A stretch of 64,000 nt of DNA, from NCBI GenBank assembly GCA_029976805.1, contig JAPOLY010000005.1:1353-65352 (forward strand), given 5' to 3'. Below, piece after piece: positions 11,148 through 21,018 of this stretch (position 1 is its first letter; each line of letters starts with the position of its first letter). The notes beneath the pieces are model-generated. The model had not been told where the DNA came from. It saw only the letters and a program-made list of their open reading frames with translations, and did not search any database. Source of the stretch: a bacterium. GTDB taxonomy: Bacteria > Planctomycetota > UBA8108 > UBA1146. Made by a program: the position numbers and the translations under genes.

Positions 11148-11230
11148 CAGAAGAAGACATGCGAAGCGAAAGAAACCGATGGGACCTCCAGAACCGAAAA
11201 TCGGGACTTCCCTATTCTACAGGGTGAAAT

Positions 11231-11272
11231 TTAAAAAAGGCTCCCGTGATCCTGCCGGATCACGGGAGCCTC
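11231..11272 (-). terminator. rho-independent terminator for the 11325..14621 gene
   Basis: On the minus strand, GGCTCCCGTGATCC-GGCA-GGATCACGGGAGCC followed by TTTTTTAAATTT. Confidence 0.55.
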
Positions 11273-11324
11273 CATGTCATGCCGAAGTCACTCGAACCTG
11301 TCAGGCCTGATCAGGGACACAGCA

Positions 11325-14300
11325 TTAAGGACACTGAGGGAACGAATCACAGCTCAGGACACTACCATTCGGATCGACCCCGCATACCGGGAACGGAGCC
11401 GCCGGGGGCGCCCCTCCAGCAAACAGGTATGACAGCAGGCTTACCGTATCCGCAATATTGGTCGCATCGTCATCGTTGACGTCAACCGCTGCAATGCAGA
11501 TCGGAGCTCCACTGCTGAAGAGGTAATCCAGAGAAGCCACGGCATCACTGATGTCGTGAGAACCGTCACCATTGATGTCGCCACGGACCCACTCCTGAAC
11601 GTTGCACTCGTCCGGCTCACCGTTATTGTCAGCGTCGGCACTCGTGCCGGACGCGATATCACAGCTGTCCGGAATACCGTTGGCGTTACAGTCTGCCACT
11701 GTGCCGTTGGCCACTTCACAACTGTCGAGAACGCCGCTGCTGTCACAGTCGTTCGCCGGGTCAGCCGAGATCTGACAGCTGTCCGGAGTCGAATCTCCGT
11801 CACAGTCCGTCTCCAGACCACCCACGAGGTCACAGACGTCCAGAGCACCATTCAGGTTGCAGTCCAGCGCGGCGTTGCCAGCGATCTGGCAGGAGTCGAG
11901 CTGGCCATTGAAATCGCAGTCCGGCGCGCCGGCTGCCAAATCACAGCTGTCGAGCTGACCGTTGCTGTCGCAGTCAGGGCCTGCAGTCTGATCGGCGTCA
12001 CAGTTGTTTGGAATGCCGTCACCGTCGATGTCATCGTCGCAGTCGTCGATGGTTCCGTCCTGGTCAGTGTCAACCTCACAGGCGTCCAGGTTGCCGTCAG
12101 TGTCACAGTCTGCCGCACCGGCAGCGAGATCACAAAGATCGGGCACACCATTGGTATCGCAGTCCGCCACACTGCCGTTGGCAGTGCTGCACTCATCCGG
12201 AATGTTATCGAAGTCACAGTCGATGCTGGTGCCGTTGGCAATGTCCTCTGCGTCCGGAGTTCCGTTGGCGTTGCAGTCGGCCACGCCGGAGCAATCCACG
12301 TCTTCGTATGCGAAGTCATCGATGGCGGCTTCCACGATGGAACCGGCACCAAGGTCTCCGACAATAAAGCGCATTTGCACCGTCGAGGTCAGCAAGACAA
12401 AGTCCGCCACGTTGAAGGAATGCTGGATCCAGCCACCGATGGTGTCCGGCCCAGTAGGACCGAGGAGTTCAACATTGGTCCAGTTGGCCAGGTCATCCGA
12501 AATCTGGATCGTCATGGTGTCGGCACCCGGGCTGGCCCCGGCATTGTTGGAATACCAGCGCCAGTAACTGATCACGGGGCTGCTGGCACCCAGCAGGTCC
12601 ATGACCGGGCTGTAGAGGGTGGTCTCTCCACCGTCGACGTCATTCTCACCCAGGGTTCCGCCCACACTTCCCTGACCGGTGAACCAGCAGTTGGTTCCCG
12701 CTGGGGAGTGATCCGCACCCGGCTGAGCAGTCGTGCCAATCGGTGCACCACGCTCCCAGATACCGGTGGTCGCCGTCGCCGGAGCACCCACGCTCCAGCC
12801 ACTGGCCACTTCGAAATCGGTGGTTTCCTCGGTGAGACCAAAGGCACTGACGCCGGTAGCAAGGGCACCACCTGTGGCTCCCTCAGGGTACGTCACGGTC
12901 TGGCCACCCGTGCTCTCGGCAACGATGTACCAGCCAAAGGTTTCCCCGCAGGGAATCGCCGGGAAGGTCATTTCGTAATTCAGTCCGCCGGTGGAAGCCA
13001 ACGGAATGGCCTGACTCCCGGCAGCGGTTTCCACCTGAAGAGACTCGGTTCCGGCAGCCACTGCCGATCCTGCCAACGGGGTGATGGTCACCGCAAAGGT
13101 TTCTCCACCCAAAGGATTGAAGATGGTTGGGTCGCCATTGGGAACCGCAATCGCCAGTGCAGCAGCCACGTCGATTTCGCAGGGAACCACTCCGGAAGGA
13201 GTATTGCCAACGGAAGCGTTCACTCCGTAAACGTGCACACCCGGCAATGCCGAGCTGTCCGTGTAAGAAGTGGACGATCCTGCAAGACTGGTCAACGGAG
13301 TTCCGTCACGGGTGATCTGAATGAGGTCATAGACTTCACCATTACCCCAGGAGAGATCCACACTCTCACCATTCTGGTTACAGGTGAGGCCAGTCACCGG
13401 AAGGGTGAAATCACCACTTGGCGCCAGAATCTCGACACTGGAACTGCCACCACCGGTGAAGTGATCCAGAGTGGCGGTCACAAGAGTCGGCGGAGCGTTC
13501 GCCACGAAACGGAAGCTGTGCATGGTGCCCCAGCGAATCGCGTGGGCATTCACATTCTGGGCTTCCGTCTGGGTGGACCAGCTCATGGTGCCCGCGCCCT
13601 GATTCGGCGTCCAGGCGAGGTTGCTGTAAGGCTCTCCACTATGGTACTCGGGGTGCGTGGAGTCGACACCGGTCAGGGTCACTCCCCCGGCCAGCGGGAA
13701 CTCAAAGGACTGAACATTGCGCGTCGAATCCATGTTGTAGATGGCATACTCGTAGGCGTGCTGGCCCGCACCCAAATCGGTGACACGGTAACCCATGATC
13801 ACGAGACCGTTCTCGGCGTCGAAGACTTCGACCAGGGTCACTTCAGGATCGAAATCTTGCCAGGCCTGAATTCCCGGCTGCTGACGCTGGGTGGTTCCGG
13901 TCAGGCTCATGTTGCGGTTGCCAGTCTGCCCGAAGGTCACTGTTCGGTAAGAGCAGTTGTTGTGGGAGTTGCCTGCGGCGGAGTCATCGACCGTCACGTA
14001 CTGGCCCTCGACGACGTAAATCGCCCCGGGGAATGCGCCATTGTCGATGTCATTGGTGGCCACCCGAAGTCGCTTGGAGGTGGCGTCGTTGATCAGACCC
14101 GAATTAATGATCGGGTACTGGAAGAGACCATTGGCGACATCAAAGACTTCCGAACGGGGACCAAGGCCACTCTGCTGACCATTCAGCCCGGAGGAGTAGG
14201 GGTCCGAACAGCCCACTCCAAGGAGTGAACCGGTTCCGGGGTTGATGCAACCGCACCCACAGACGTTACCGGTCAGGGCCAGGAAGCCATGCTTCAGCCA

Positions 14301-14621
14301 GCTCATGCCGATCTGTTCAAACTTGCCCTCATGCAGACGGTAAAGGTTCTGTCCGATCACCGGATGCTCGTTGGTGTTGGAAATCCACAGCAGAGGCTCG
14401 GTGCCAATATTGCACGAAGTGGTACCCACGCTGTAGGCGTGAAAACCTCCCGCCGCACCATAGTTGGAGGTGCCCACCAGATCACCGATGATCACATCGG
14501 TTCCGGTTCCACCCACACCTCCCTGGCCAGGATCACAAGGCTGTGCCTGAATCGGTGCCGTAAAAGAAAATGCTCCCAGAATGAGAGTGACGACGAGCGC
14601 CATTTTGCTGGTTTGATACAT
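11325..14621 (-). CDS. large secreted protein with ~12 tandem Cys/Asp-rich (DCxxNGxPDxCD) calcium-binding-type repeats and the C-terminal RGD-dockerin-like/Cys-tail module
   Basis: The start is placed at MYQTSKMALVVTLILGAFSFTAPIQAQ (AGGAG 10 nt upstream), which gives a signal peptide. The central region has repeats such as DCNANGTPDAEDIANG / DCDTNGVPDLCDLAAGAA / DCDSNGQLDSCDLAAGAP. C-terminus WVRGDINGDGSHDISDAVASLDYLFSSG...DVNDDDATNIADTVSLLSYLFAGG...CGVDPNGSVLSCDSFPQCP. Confidence 0.75.
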   Translation of the reverse strand: MYQTSKMALVVTLILGAFSFTAPIQAQPCDPGQGGVGGTGTDVIIGDLVGTSNYGAAGGFHAYSVGTTSCNIGTEPLLWISNTNEHPVIGQNLYRLHEGKFEQIGMSWLKHGFLALTGNVCGCGCINPGTGSLLGVGCSDPYSSGLNGQQSGLGPRSEVFDVANGLFQYPIINSGLINDATSKRLRVATNDIDNGAFPGAIYVVEGQYVTVDDSAAGNSHNNCSYRTVTFGQTGNRNMSLTGTTQRQQPGIQAWQDFDPEVTLVEVFDAENGLVIMGYRVTDLGAGQHAYEYAIYNMDSTRNVQSFEFPLAGGVTLTGVDSTHPEYHSGEPYSNLAWTPNQGAGTMSWSTQTEAQNVNAHAIRWGTMHSFRFVANAPPTLVTATLDHFTGGGSSSVEILAPSGDFTLPVTGLTCNQNGESVDLSWGNGEVYDLIQITRDGTPLTSLAGSSTSYTDSSALPGVHVYGVNASVGNTPSGVVPCEIDVAAALAIAVPNGDPTIFNPLGGETFAVTITPLAGSAVAAGTESLQVETAAGSQAIPLASTGGLNYEMTFPAIPCGETFGWYIVAESTGGQTVTYPEGATGGALATGVSAFGLTEETTDFEVASGWSVGAPATATTGIWERGAPIGTTAQPGADHSPAGTNCWFTGQGSVGGTLGENDVDGGETTLYSPVMDLLGASSPVISYWRWYSNNAGASPGADTMTIQISDDLANWTNVELLGPTGPDTIGGWIQHSFNVADFVLLTSTVQMRFIVGDLGAGSIVEAAIDDFAYEDVDCSGVADCNANGTPDAEDIANGTSIDCDFDNIPDECSTANGSVADCDTNGVPDLCDLAAGAADCDTDGNLDACEVDTDQDGTIDDCDDDIDGDGIPNNCDADQTAGPDCDSNGQLDSCDLAAGAPDCDFNGQLDSCQIAGNAALDCNLNGALDVCDLVGGLETDCDGDSTPDSCQISADPANDCDSSGVLDSCEVANGTVADCNANGIPDSCDIASGTSADADNNGEPDECNVQEWVRGDINGDGSHDISDAVASLDYLFSSGAPICIAAVDVNDDDATNIADTVSLLSYLFAGGAPPAAPFPVCGVDPNGSVLSCDSFPQCP

Positions 14622-14970
14622 TTGTGACGTGCTCCTCTGCATGTCGTTTGTCCGGTTACAGACGATCGAGAACAACTCGACCACTACCCTGATCCCGCCC
14701 GTCACACCCCGCTGAAAATTCCTGACGAGGTGCCACCTTCATGAATACTCACAGACGGCATGGTAATACCTTCGCCCATCATACCACTGGTGACACGAAT
14801 GGCACCGGTTCGCATGCTCTGAATGAGATCGGAAATCTGGTGGGGTTAACCCCGATAAAATCCGTCCGTCTCGGTAATTTTGCCATGAAGGTCCTCTTTA
14901 TTCGGCCAATCCTGTCCTCCTGAGGATGCAAGAGGAGCCAGACTGCCAAAACGAGGATCAGGAATTGAAA

Positions 14971-15000
14971 ATCCCCCCGATTCCGAAGAATCGGGGGGAT
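14971..15000 (-). terminator. terminator-like hairpin immediately downstream of tRNA-fMet
   Basis: ATCCCCCCGATTC-TTCG-GAATCGGGGGGAT perfect 13 bp stem. The minus-strand continuation is UUUUCAAUU. Confidence 0.35.
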
Positions 15001-15009
15001 CCGATATTT

Positions 15010-15085
15010 TGGTAGCGGGGGCAGGACTCGAACCTGCGACCTTCGGGTTATGAGCCCGACGAGCTGCCAACTGCTCCACCCCGCG
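15010..15085 (-). tRNA. initiator tRNA-fMet (anticodon CAT)
   Basis: The minus-strand sequence CGCGGGGTGGAGCAGTTGGCAGCTCGTCGGGCTCATAACCCGAAGGTCGCAGGTTCGAGTCCTGCCCCCGCTACCA is nearly identical in architecture to E. coli tRNA-fMet: three G-C pairs closing the anticodon stem, a 1:72 mismatch, and an encoded CCA end. Confidence 0.9.
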
Positions 15086-15180
15086 AAAATTCATTAGGCA
15101 AGAGAGGGAAAGTACGAAATCCGAGAGAGTCGGTCAAGATAACCCGAGAGGAAATCAGCAAAGTTCCAAACCCCGGATCC

Positions 15181-16275
15181 TCACGATTTACCCACAAACT
15201 CGTCAATCAGCCCCAGTAACTGCTCTGTGTCTGCCATGGAGATCGCTCCCATGTGAGTAATCCGGAAGGTTTTTTCCTTCAGATCACCGTAACCGTTAGA
15301 GAGGAACATGCCGTGCTCACGGAGGAATCCATTGAGATCGGCAATCGACATTCCACGCGTGTTTTCGATGCAGGTCAGGGAAACCGACTCATAACCCGGC
15401 TCTGCGAAAAGACCGAAGGAGTCTGTCGCCCATTCCCTTACGCGGTTCGCTTTTTGCTGATGAGCCCCAAACCAGGCATCTTCGTCAGCAAGAATCATCC
15501 GCAATCGATCCTTGAGTGCCTGCATGACCGCAATCGTCGGAGTACTTGGAGTCTGATGCTTTTTCCATGACTTGTGCATCGCCAGAACATCAAAGTACAT
15601 CCCCCGATTTTCAATGGTCTCAGCTCTCTCGAGAGCCCGCTCAGAAACCGCCAACAGTGCAAGGCCCGGAGGAATCGCCAGTGCCTTCTGACTGCCTGTC
15701 ACCAAATAGTCGATGGGCGGCAGGGAGTCGAAATGAATTGGCACAGCGCCGGCACTGGTGATGGCATCAACCAGGAGGAACACATCCGGAAAATCTGCCA
15801 CAACCTCGGCGATTTCGGCGAGGGGGTTCATGACTCCGGTACTCGTTTCATTGTGAACGATAGTGACCGCGTCATAGTCACCCTTGGACAATTCCTCCCG
15901 AACCAGTTCCGGCTTGACCGCTTGTCCCCAGGGAACGTCCACCCGGGTCGCATTTTTGCCGTTACTGGCGCAAACTTTGAAGAATCTCTGACTGAAAGCG
16001 CCATTCACGAAACAGAGGACATTTTCCCGAACTCCACAGCGTGCTGCAGTTTCCATTCCCCCGGTCCCCGAGGAGGTCAAGACATAGACAGGATCCTTCG
16101 TGCGGAACAGTCGCTGGGAGTTCGTGTGCAACTCCTCACCCAATACTGAAAATTCCGGTGCACGGTGGCCAATCATCGGGCGAGTCATCGCCTGAAGGAT
16201 AGAATCCTCGACTTCCACCGGTCCGGGAATGAACAGTCGGGGAACATCTCTTTGGGAATCTTCAGGATTTGACAT
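15181..16275 (-). CDS. class V aminotransferase (serine-pyruvate / alanine-glyoxylate aminotransferase family)
   Basis: PLP-dependent AGT/SGAT family motifs across the full length. GAGGAGG RBS. The start overlaps the upstream stop (TAATG). Confidence 0.8.
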   Translation of the reverse strand: MSNPEDSQRDVPRLFIPGPVEVEDSILQAMTRPMIGHRAPEFSVLGEELHTNSQRLFRTKDPVYVLTSSGTGGMETAARCGVRENVLCFVNGAFSQRFFKVCASNGKNATRVDVPWGQAVKPELVREELSKGDYDAVTIVHNETSTGVMNPLAEIAEVVADFPDVFLLVDAITSAGAVPIHFDSLPPIDYLVTGSQKALAIPPGLALLAVSERALERAETIENRGMYFDVLAMHKSWKKHQTPSTPTIAVMQALKDRLRMILADEDAWFGAHQQKANRVREWATDSFGLFAEPGYESVSLTCIENTRGMSIADLNGFLREHGMFLSNGYGDLKEKTFRITHMGAISMADTEQLLGLIDEFVGKS

Positions 16276-17450
16276 TACACATCCTCCTCATCGGTGTAAC
16301 GAACCACCATTCCGGTGGAAATTTTCGGCTCAAAAAAGGTGGTCTTCGGTGGAAAGACCTCTTGTGCCAGAGTTCTGCTCCAGAACTCTTCTTTCCCCAC
16401 AGGCGGAAGAAGGCAAAGTAATCCGTGCTCACTTCGATCCAAGTGCTCACGGGCAACAGGCTCAAGATGAGGAGTCGCCGGTGAACCCAGATCATCAAAC
16501 TCCCCGACAACATCCGCAAGCCTGCGGGCGAGTGTGGGCTGATCAAGATCGGGTCGAGTTTTCAGAGTCCACTCTTTGCCATTGCTGGCAACAAGACTCC
16601 ACTCCTCGCCTTCACCGTCATCCAAAACCTCGATGATCCGATCGGCAACCAGCTCCAAATCAGGGCCGTCGCCGGGTTTCCAACTCCAGATTCTGTGAGT
16701 CGGATGAATATGGAGACCTTCCTGACGAAGATCACCGATGAAAGAGAGAACAAAGCCCCCACCCACCAATTGATCGTCCCCGGAAAGTTCAATCGCCGTC
16801 GTATAGCGGTGATGCCCATCAGCCACTGCCGAAGGCAGGGGCTCCAAAGCCTCCTCGATGGCCCTGACATGATCGGGGTCATCGATTCGCCTCAGGGTGT
16901 GGACATCGCCCTTGAAGTCTTTGCTTTCAAAGACCAGCTCTCCTGCTTCAGGTCCGGCATCGACTCCCGCAAGGACTTCTTCCAGTCCCTCACAGGAGAG
17001 TTGAACGACACCGGTGTCGATGGTCGTCAATCGCGCCTGAGCAACCAGTCGAGCAACGGTATGCGGGCGAATTTCTTCGTGCCTTTCCACCCCTTCTCCC
17101 CATGGGCGAGCTTCCGCCACTGCGATCACCCCCTGCAAGAGAGAGGTCCCTCCGGCTCGATTGCCGTATCGAATGCTGTAACGATAGATCGCAGGTTTCT
17201 CCTCGTGAATGATGGTGCCCGCTTCCACGGCGGCTCTCATCGATTCTCCGCACTTGCGAAACACATTTTCGTCAGGAGTTACTCCGGGCTCATCGCCGAG
17301 GATCCAACGCACTGCGTTTTCCGGAGCATGATTCAGAAGTTGACCGTGCATTTCATCGGGAATCACATCATAGGGTGGACAGATTACTGCACCCGGGTCG
17401 ACCCGATCTGGGTTGGGGACAAATCCCCTGAACGCCTTCATCCTCGGCAT
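16275..17450 (-). CDS. DUF1015 family protein
   Basis: N-terminal MPRMKAFRGF...ICPPYDVIP matches the conserved DUF1015 N-terminus. It is translationally coupled to its neighbours. Confidence 0.7.
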   Translation of the reverse strand: MPRMKAFRGFVPNPDRVDPGAVICPPYDVIPDEMHGQLLNHAPENAVRWILGDEPGVTPDENVFRKCGESMRAAVEAGTIIHEEKPAIYRYSIRYGNRAGGTSLLQGVIAVAEARPWGEGVERHEEIRPHTVARLVAQARLTTIDTGVVQLSCEGLEEVLAGVDAGPEAGELVFESKDFKGDVHTLRRIDDPDHVRAIEEALEPLPSAVADGHHRYTTAIELSGDDQLVGGGFVLSFIGDLRQEGLHIHPTHRIWSWKPGDGPDLELVADRIIEVLDDGEGEEWSLVASNGKEWTLKTRPDLDQPTLARRLADVVGEFDDLGSPATPHLEPVAREHLDRSEHGLLCLLPPVGKEEFWSRTLAQEVFPPKTTFFEPKISTGMVVRYTDEEDV

Positions 17451-17453
17451 GTT

Positions 17454-18683
17454 TTACTCCTCCATGTTTGCGTAACAAATATTGAGAGCCTGCAAGGCAT
17501 AGGAGGTAGCCAGAACAGGGTCACCCTCCCACCAACGGTCTACAGGATTCGTCCACGAGCCGTCTTTTCCCTGGCGCTCAAGAAGAACCGTGGCAATCTC
17601 CCGCGCCCAGTCATGCGATTTGCCCTCGGCATCCACCAACTCCTTCTGCCCCAGAACCTCCAGGGTTCTGGCCATGACAGCCAGATAGTAGAAGTAGCCG
17701 GTCTGCCCGCGGGCAGGTTGTTCTGGGGTGGCCATTCCCGGGTTTTCTGTCACGGTCCAATTGCTGCTGATCCACTCCACGGCTGAAGTGACCCGCGGAT
17801 CATCTTTACCAAGCCCGGCATAAATCAGCGATTTCACAGCTGCGTAGGTCATCGAGCCATAGGAGGAAAAGGTCACTGCTCCAGCAGCATCCACCGTTTT
17901 CGCTGCTTTCGATTCGTCAGGGTGGTAGAAGAAACCACCATCTTCACTGGAGGCTTTTTTGACCCCATCGAGGACATCGTTGGAGGATTTTCGATTCTGG
18001 CATCTGGAAATGAAAACTTGAGCCCTCTTCCAGACATCCGAATCCTCGGTCAGTCCTGCAGCATGAAGGGCTTCCAGAGCCAACTGAGTATTACTCAAGT
18101 CCGGGCGACGATCACTGCCGTATCCGACACCACCATAGGAACCGGTGTGCTTCTTTCGATCGAATGCCACCGGTGTTGAATCTTCCGCACACTGAAGGCC
18201 TGCAACGTAATCACGCATTCGGGCGATGGCGTCCCGATAAAGGGGCTCCTTGCGGTTATGGTCCAATGCCGACAAGGCAAGGATGGCAATACTGGTCTTG
18301 TAGTTCATCAAGCCCTGACCCGGGATGTAAACGCCTCCGTCTTCTTGCTGTTGATCCAGCAAGGACTGCACCGCAGCCGTGACAAAAGGGCCATCCTTTT
18401 CACGGTAGGCACGGGGGGTATCAGCCAGGGCCTTGAGTACCATTCCGGTGATTCCCGGATCTCCTGCCATCGATCCCCACGAGCCGTCACTGCGCTGGTT
18501 GTCAATCAGCCAATTCGCTCCACGATCGATGGACTTTTTCAGTCCTGCTTTGTCGAGTCCTCTGGAGTCTTGTCCAAAAACCCCGATAGCAGGGCATACC
18601 AACATGAACAGCAAAATAAGGAGGCTTGAAAAGACAGGGACTCCCTTGTTCTTTTTGACAAAATGATGGTGGGTAACAGTCAT
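17454..18683 (-). CDS. secreted prenyltransferase / squalene-oxidase-repeat (terpenoid cyclase alpha-alpha toroid fold) protein
   Basis: Signal peptide/TM followed by repeated DGSWG / DGGF motifs (RSDGSWGS, QEDGGVY, GKDGSWTN) characteristic of squalene-hopene cyclase-type repeats. Confidence 0.6.
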   Translation of the reverse strand: MTVTHHHFVKKNKGVPVFSSLLILLFMLVCPAIGVFGQDSRGLDKAGLKKSIDRGANWLIDNQRSDGSWGSMAGDPGITGMVLKALADTPRAYREKDGPFVTAAVQSLLDQQQEDGGVYIPGQGLMNYKTSIAILALSALDHNRKEPLYRDAIARMRDYVAGLQCAEDSTPVAFDRKKHTGSYGGVGYGSDRRPDLSNTQLALEALHAAGLTEDSDVWKRAQVFISRCQNRKSSNDVLDGVKKASSEDGGFFYHPDESKAAKTVDAAGAVTFSSYGSMTYAAVKSLIYAGLGKDDPRVTSAVEWISSNWTVTENPGMATPEQPARGQTGYFYYLAVMARTLEVLGQKELVDAEGKSHDWAREIATVLLERQGKDGSWTNPVDRWWEGDPVLATSYALQALNICYANMEE

Positions 18684-19486
18684 TAGCGATTCTCCTCTAT
18701 CGTCTCTGGCTCATTGGAGCCTCTCCGGGGTAATTCCATGCGAATGGCGTCGGGATCAATCTCGCCCGGCAGGGCTTTTCGAATAGAAACCCTGACCGGT
18801 GGCGGCTCATTTCCATCTTTTTTCCAGGGCAGTACGTCCCCATAAGCAAAATAGTCTCCATCAGGGTAGGGCAATGCCAGCGGATTATCGAGGATTGCCC
18901 ACGGTCTGTGGCTCAGGGAAATCAACTCACCTGTCACCCTTGCCATGAACTCATCTTTTGGCTCAGCACCTTCCGGAGCTCCAGGTGGAGGGTCGAGAAG
19001 CAAAAAACCGGAACCGGTATAGGCAAATCCACAGCGCACCATTTCGCGCTCCATGGGAGCATTGATGATGCAATTTTCGGCTCTGATCCGACGGACGAAA
19101 TCACGGCCCTCTCCATCCTTCACCGGATAATGAAAATGGATGACCAATCTGTCGCCCCCAGTCAAACCACCCAGATCACGCTCTGATTCCGGACTTCGAC
19201 TTTCTTTCACTTCCATTAACATCAGCGCCGTCTGCAGATGCATGGGATCACAATCGACTGCAATCAGGCATTCATGGGACTTTGCTCCCGGAAGATTGAT
19301 CAGATATTCGACAAAACCCTGAGACATGTTGAAAAAGCCATCGAGATGAATCGTCCCAGTCGCCGCTTCAAATTGCACAGCCCCCAGGGCGACGGTTTCC
19401 CCCGGTTGAGACTCTGTTCCGGGAATAAGATCGACCGGGAGCCCACTCAAGGCTGTCGCCATGATGATGATGAGGCAACCGTTCAT
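18683..19486 (-). CDS. hypothetical secreted protein, first gene of a 4-gene minus-strand operon
   Basis: The start is taken at MNGCLIIIMATALSG, which is signal-like. No family was recognised. It ends with a TAATG overlap into the next gene. Confidence 0.4.
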   Translation of the reverse strand: MNGCLIIIMATALSGLPVDLIPGTESQPGETVALGAVQFEAATGTIHLDGFFNMSQGFVEYLINLPGAKSHECLIAVDCDPMHLQTALMLMEVKESRSPESERDLGGLTGGDRLVIHFHYPVKDGEGRDFVRRIRAENCIINAPMEREMVRCGFAYTGSGFLLLDPPPGAPEGAEPKDEFMARVTGELISLSHRPWAILDNPLALPYPDGDYFAYGDVLPWKKDGNEPPPVRVSIRKALPGEIDPDAIRMELPRRGSNEPETIEENR

Positions 19487-19823
19487 CTCTTCCCTTTCGC
19501 ATTTGATCAAATGCACAAAGTTCCCCCGAAGGGTTCTCGCGCATGAAATGGAAACTCTGGGTCCATAATCGCAAAATCCACGCCGTCTACCAGTCCCCCG
19601 GACCTCATTTCACAGACTCCCAGCCATATAGACGGGTCTCGATCAACAGCCGTTCCGGCAATAGGTTCCTGAGATCGGGCTTCCTTGCCACCCTGAGGGC
19701 CTCAACTTGCGTTTTGCAGGCGATTTGTATAGCCTTCTCAGGTGCCGACCGATTCGACCCTCGCTCAAATCAACCGGTTTTCCGGGGACATGGTTTCCCG
19801 GAATGCCCCTGCTTCGGAGACTG

Positions 19824-20975
19824 ATGGACCCCAAAAGGAACACTTCCCAGCCGGAATCTTCCTCCAGATGGAGCATCGTCCTCGAGGTCTCCGCCGGCAT
19901 CGTCCGGCTTCCCGTATCCCGTATCGATTCCAGGGAAGTACTCGTCGATTCGACGATTCGTCTTCAGGTGGGACAACGCTACGAATTGATCGTTGAGAGA
20001 CCGGATGGTCACGCTGAACTGATCCATGCGGAAGTTCTGCGCAGAAATGATGCAGGCCTTCTTTTACGCTGGAAACCGACTCACCCCCGGGAGCTCTCTG
20101 CACTCGAGCGTCTCTTTGGGGATGAAGAACAAAAAGCGCCCGAAAGTGGTGATCTCGAATCTGCATTGAGATCCCGCTCCCGATTGGTTCGCACCTCTGC
20201 CATCGCAGCACAACGGGACAGTGTCCGTGTTCTCAATCTTTCCGCCATCAAGGAATTGATTCAGGCCTCTGTGGATGAGGTGATCCGCGAGAGTGGACGC
20301 TCACTCGGTGAGGAGGAACTGCGCAGGCTTCGAGAAGAGTCTGAAAAAAGTTTTCAGGAAAAGCTGGCCGAGTTCCAGAACGAGAATGCAGACTTGCACT
20401 CTCACATCGAAAACCTGAATGCCAAACTGCAAAGAACCCAGGAACTCCTCGGCAGCGAAAAAGAACGGGAAGTTGCCCGCGACCGATTCGCATTGACACG
20501 CGAGAGCCTGCTGGAGCTGGAGTCGACGATGGATCGAATCGTCGACAAGGCGGCCGGTGCCCACCACCTTCCTGAAGAGGTGGGCCAGGAGATTCGGGAA
20601 GTGATTCAAAATTCTCTCGATCTTGAACGCTCCAGAGCGACAGATCGTGAAGAGAAAACCAGAAGTGAGAACATCGAGCTCCTCGAACGGAAAGTGCAGC
20701 GTCTGGCGAAGAATCTGGATGCTGCAAAAACCCAAAGAGACGAGGCTCTGGAAACCGCCCGCAGACTGGATCGCCGTGACTCCAATACGTCAGGAACAAG
20801 CACTTCCATTCCGGCGTTTTCATCCAGCCCGGCAGAAGACCCCAGTGGTCGTCGAAGGGCGCTGTTGGCCGACCTCGTTTCCGAAAATCGCCAACTTCGA
20901 CAGCAAATTGTAAAACAAGTACCTTCAGATCCCAAACGGGGGCATGATCCCCAGATTGAGAAGGATCTTGCCTGA
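19824..20975 (+). CDS. coiled-coil protein with an N-terminal beta-rich, PilZ-like(?) domain
   Basis: The start is set at MDPKRN (GGAG 5 nt upstream). The N-terminal ~110 aa is beta-rich. Residues ~150-380 are heptad-like, charged and coiled-coil (EELRRLREESEKSFQEKLAEFQNENADLHSHIENLNAKLQRTQELL...). The PilZ assignment is weak. Confidence 0.5.
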   Translation: MDPKRNTSQPESSSRWSIVLEVSAGIVRLPVSRIDSREVLVDSTIRLQVGQRYELIVERPDGHAELIHAEVLRRNDAGLLLRWKPTHPRELSALERLFGDEEQKAPESGDLESALRSRSRLVRTSAIAAQRDSVRVLNLSAIKELIQASVDEVIRESGRSLGEEELRRLREESEKSFQEKLAEFQNENADLHSHIENLNAKLQRTQELLGSEKEREVARDRFALTRESLLELESTMDRIVDKAAGAHHLPEEVGQEIREVIQNSLDLERSRATDREEKTRSENIELLERKVQRLAKNLDAAKTQRDEALETARRLDRRDSNTSGTSTSIPAFSSSPAEDPSGRRRALLADLVSENRQLRQQIVKQVPSDPKRGHDPQIEKDLA

Positions 20976-21018
20976 GCCATACTCGGCTTTCTGAAGAGTA
21001 AATCTGAGAGGACGATCG

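Noticed and set aside
11556-14228. 890 aa plus-strand ORF antisense to the 11325-14621 secreted-protein gene
   Set aside because: Low-complexity translation rich in V/T/A/G/R with no domains. It lies fully inside a gene with clear signal peptide, repeats and conserved C-terminal module on the other strand. This is a typical high-GC shadow ORF.
14846-15094. 82 aa ORF overlapping tRNA-fMet
   Set aside because: It coincides with a canonical tRNA gene, and the translation is not protein-like.
19707-19823. Upstream extension of the coiled-coil protein ORF (track start 19707)
   Set aside because: The first ATG with a Shine-Dalgarno (GGAG at -5) is at 19824. The upstream extension is Pro/Arg-rich and would overlap the divergent promoter region.
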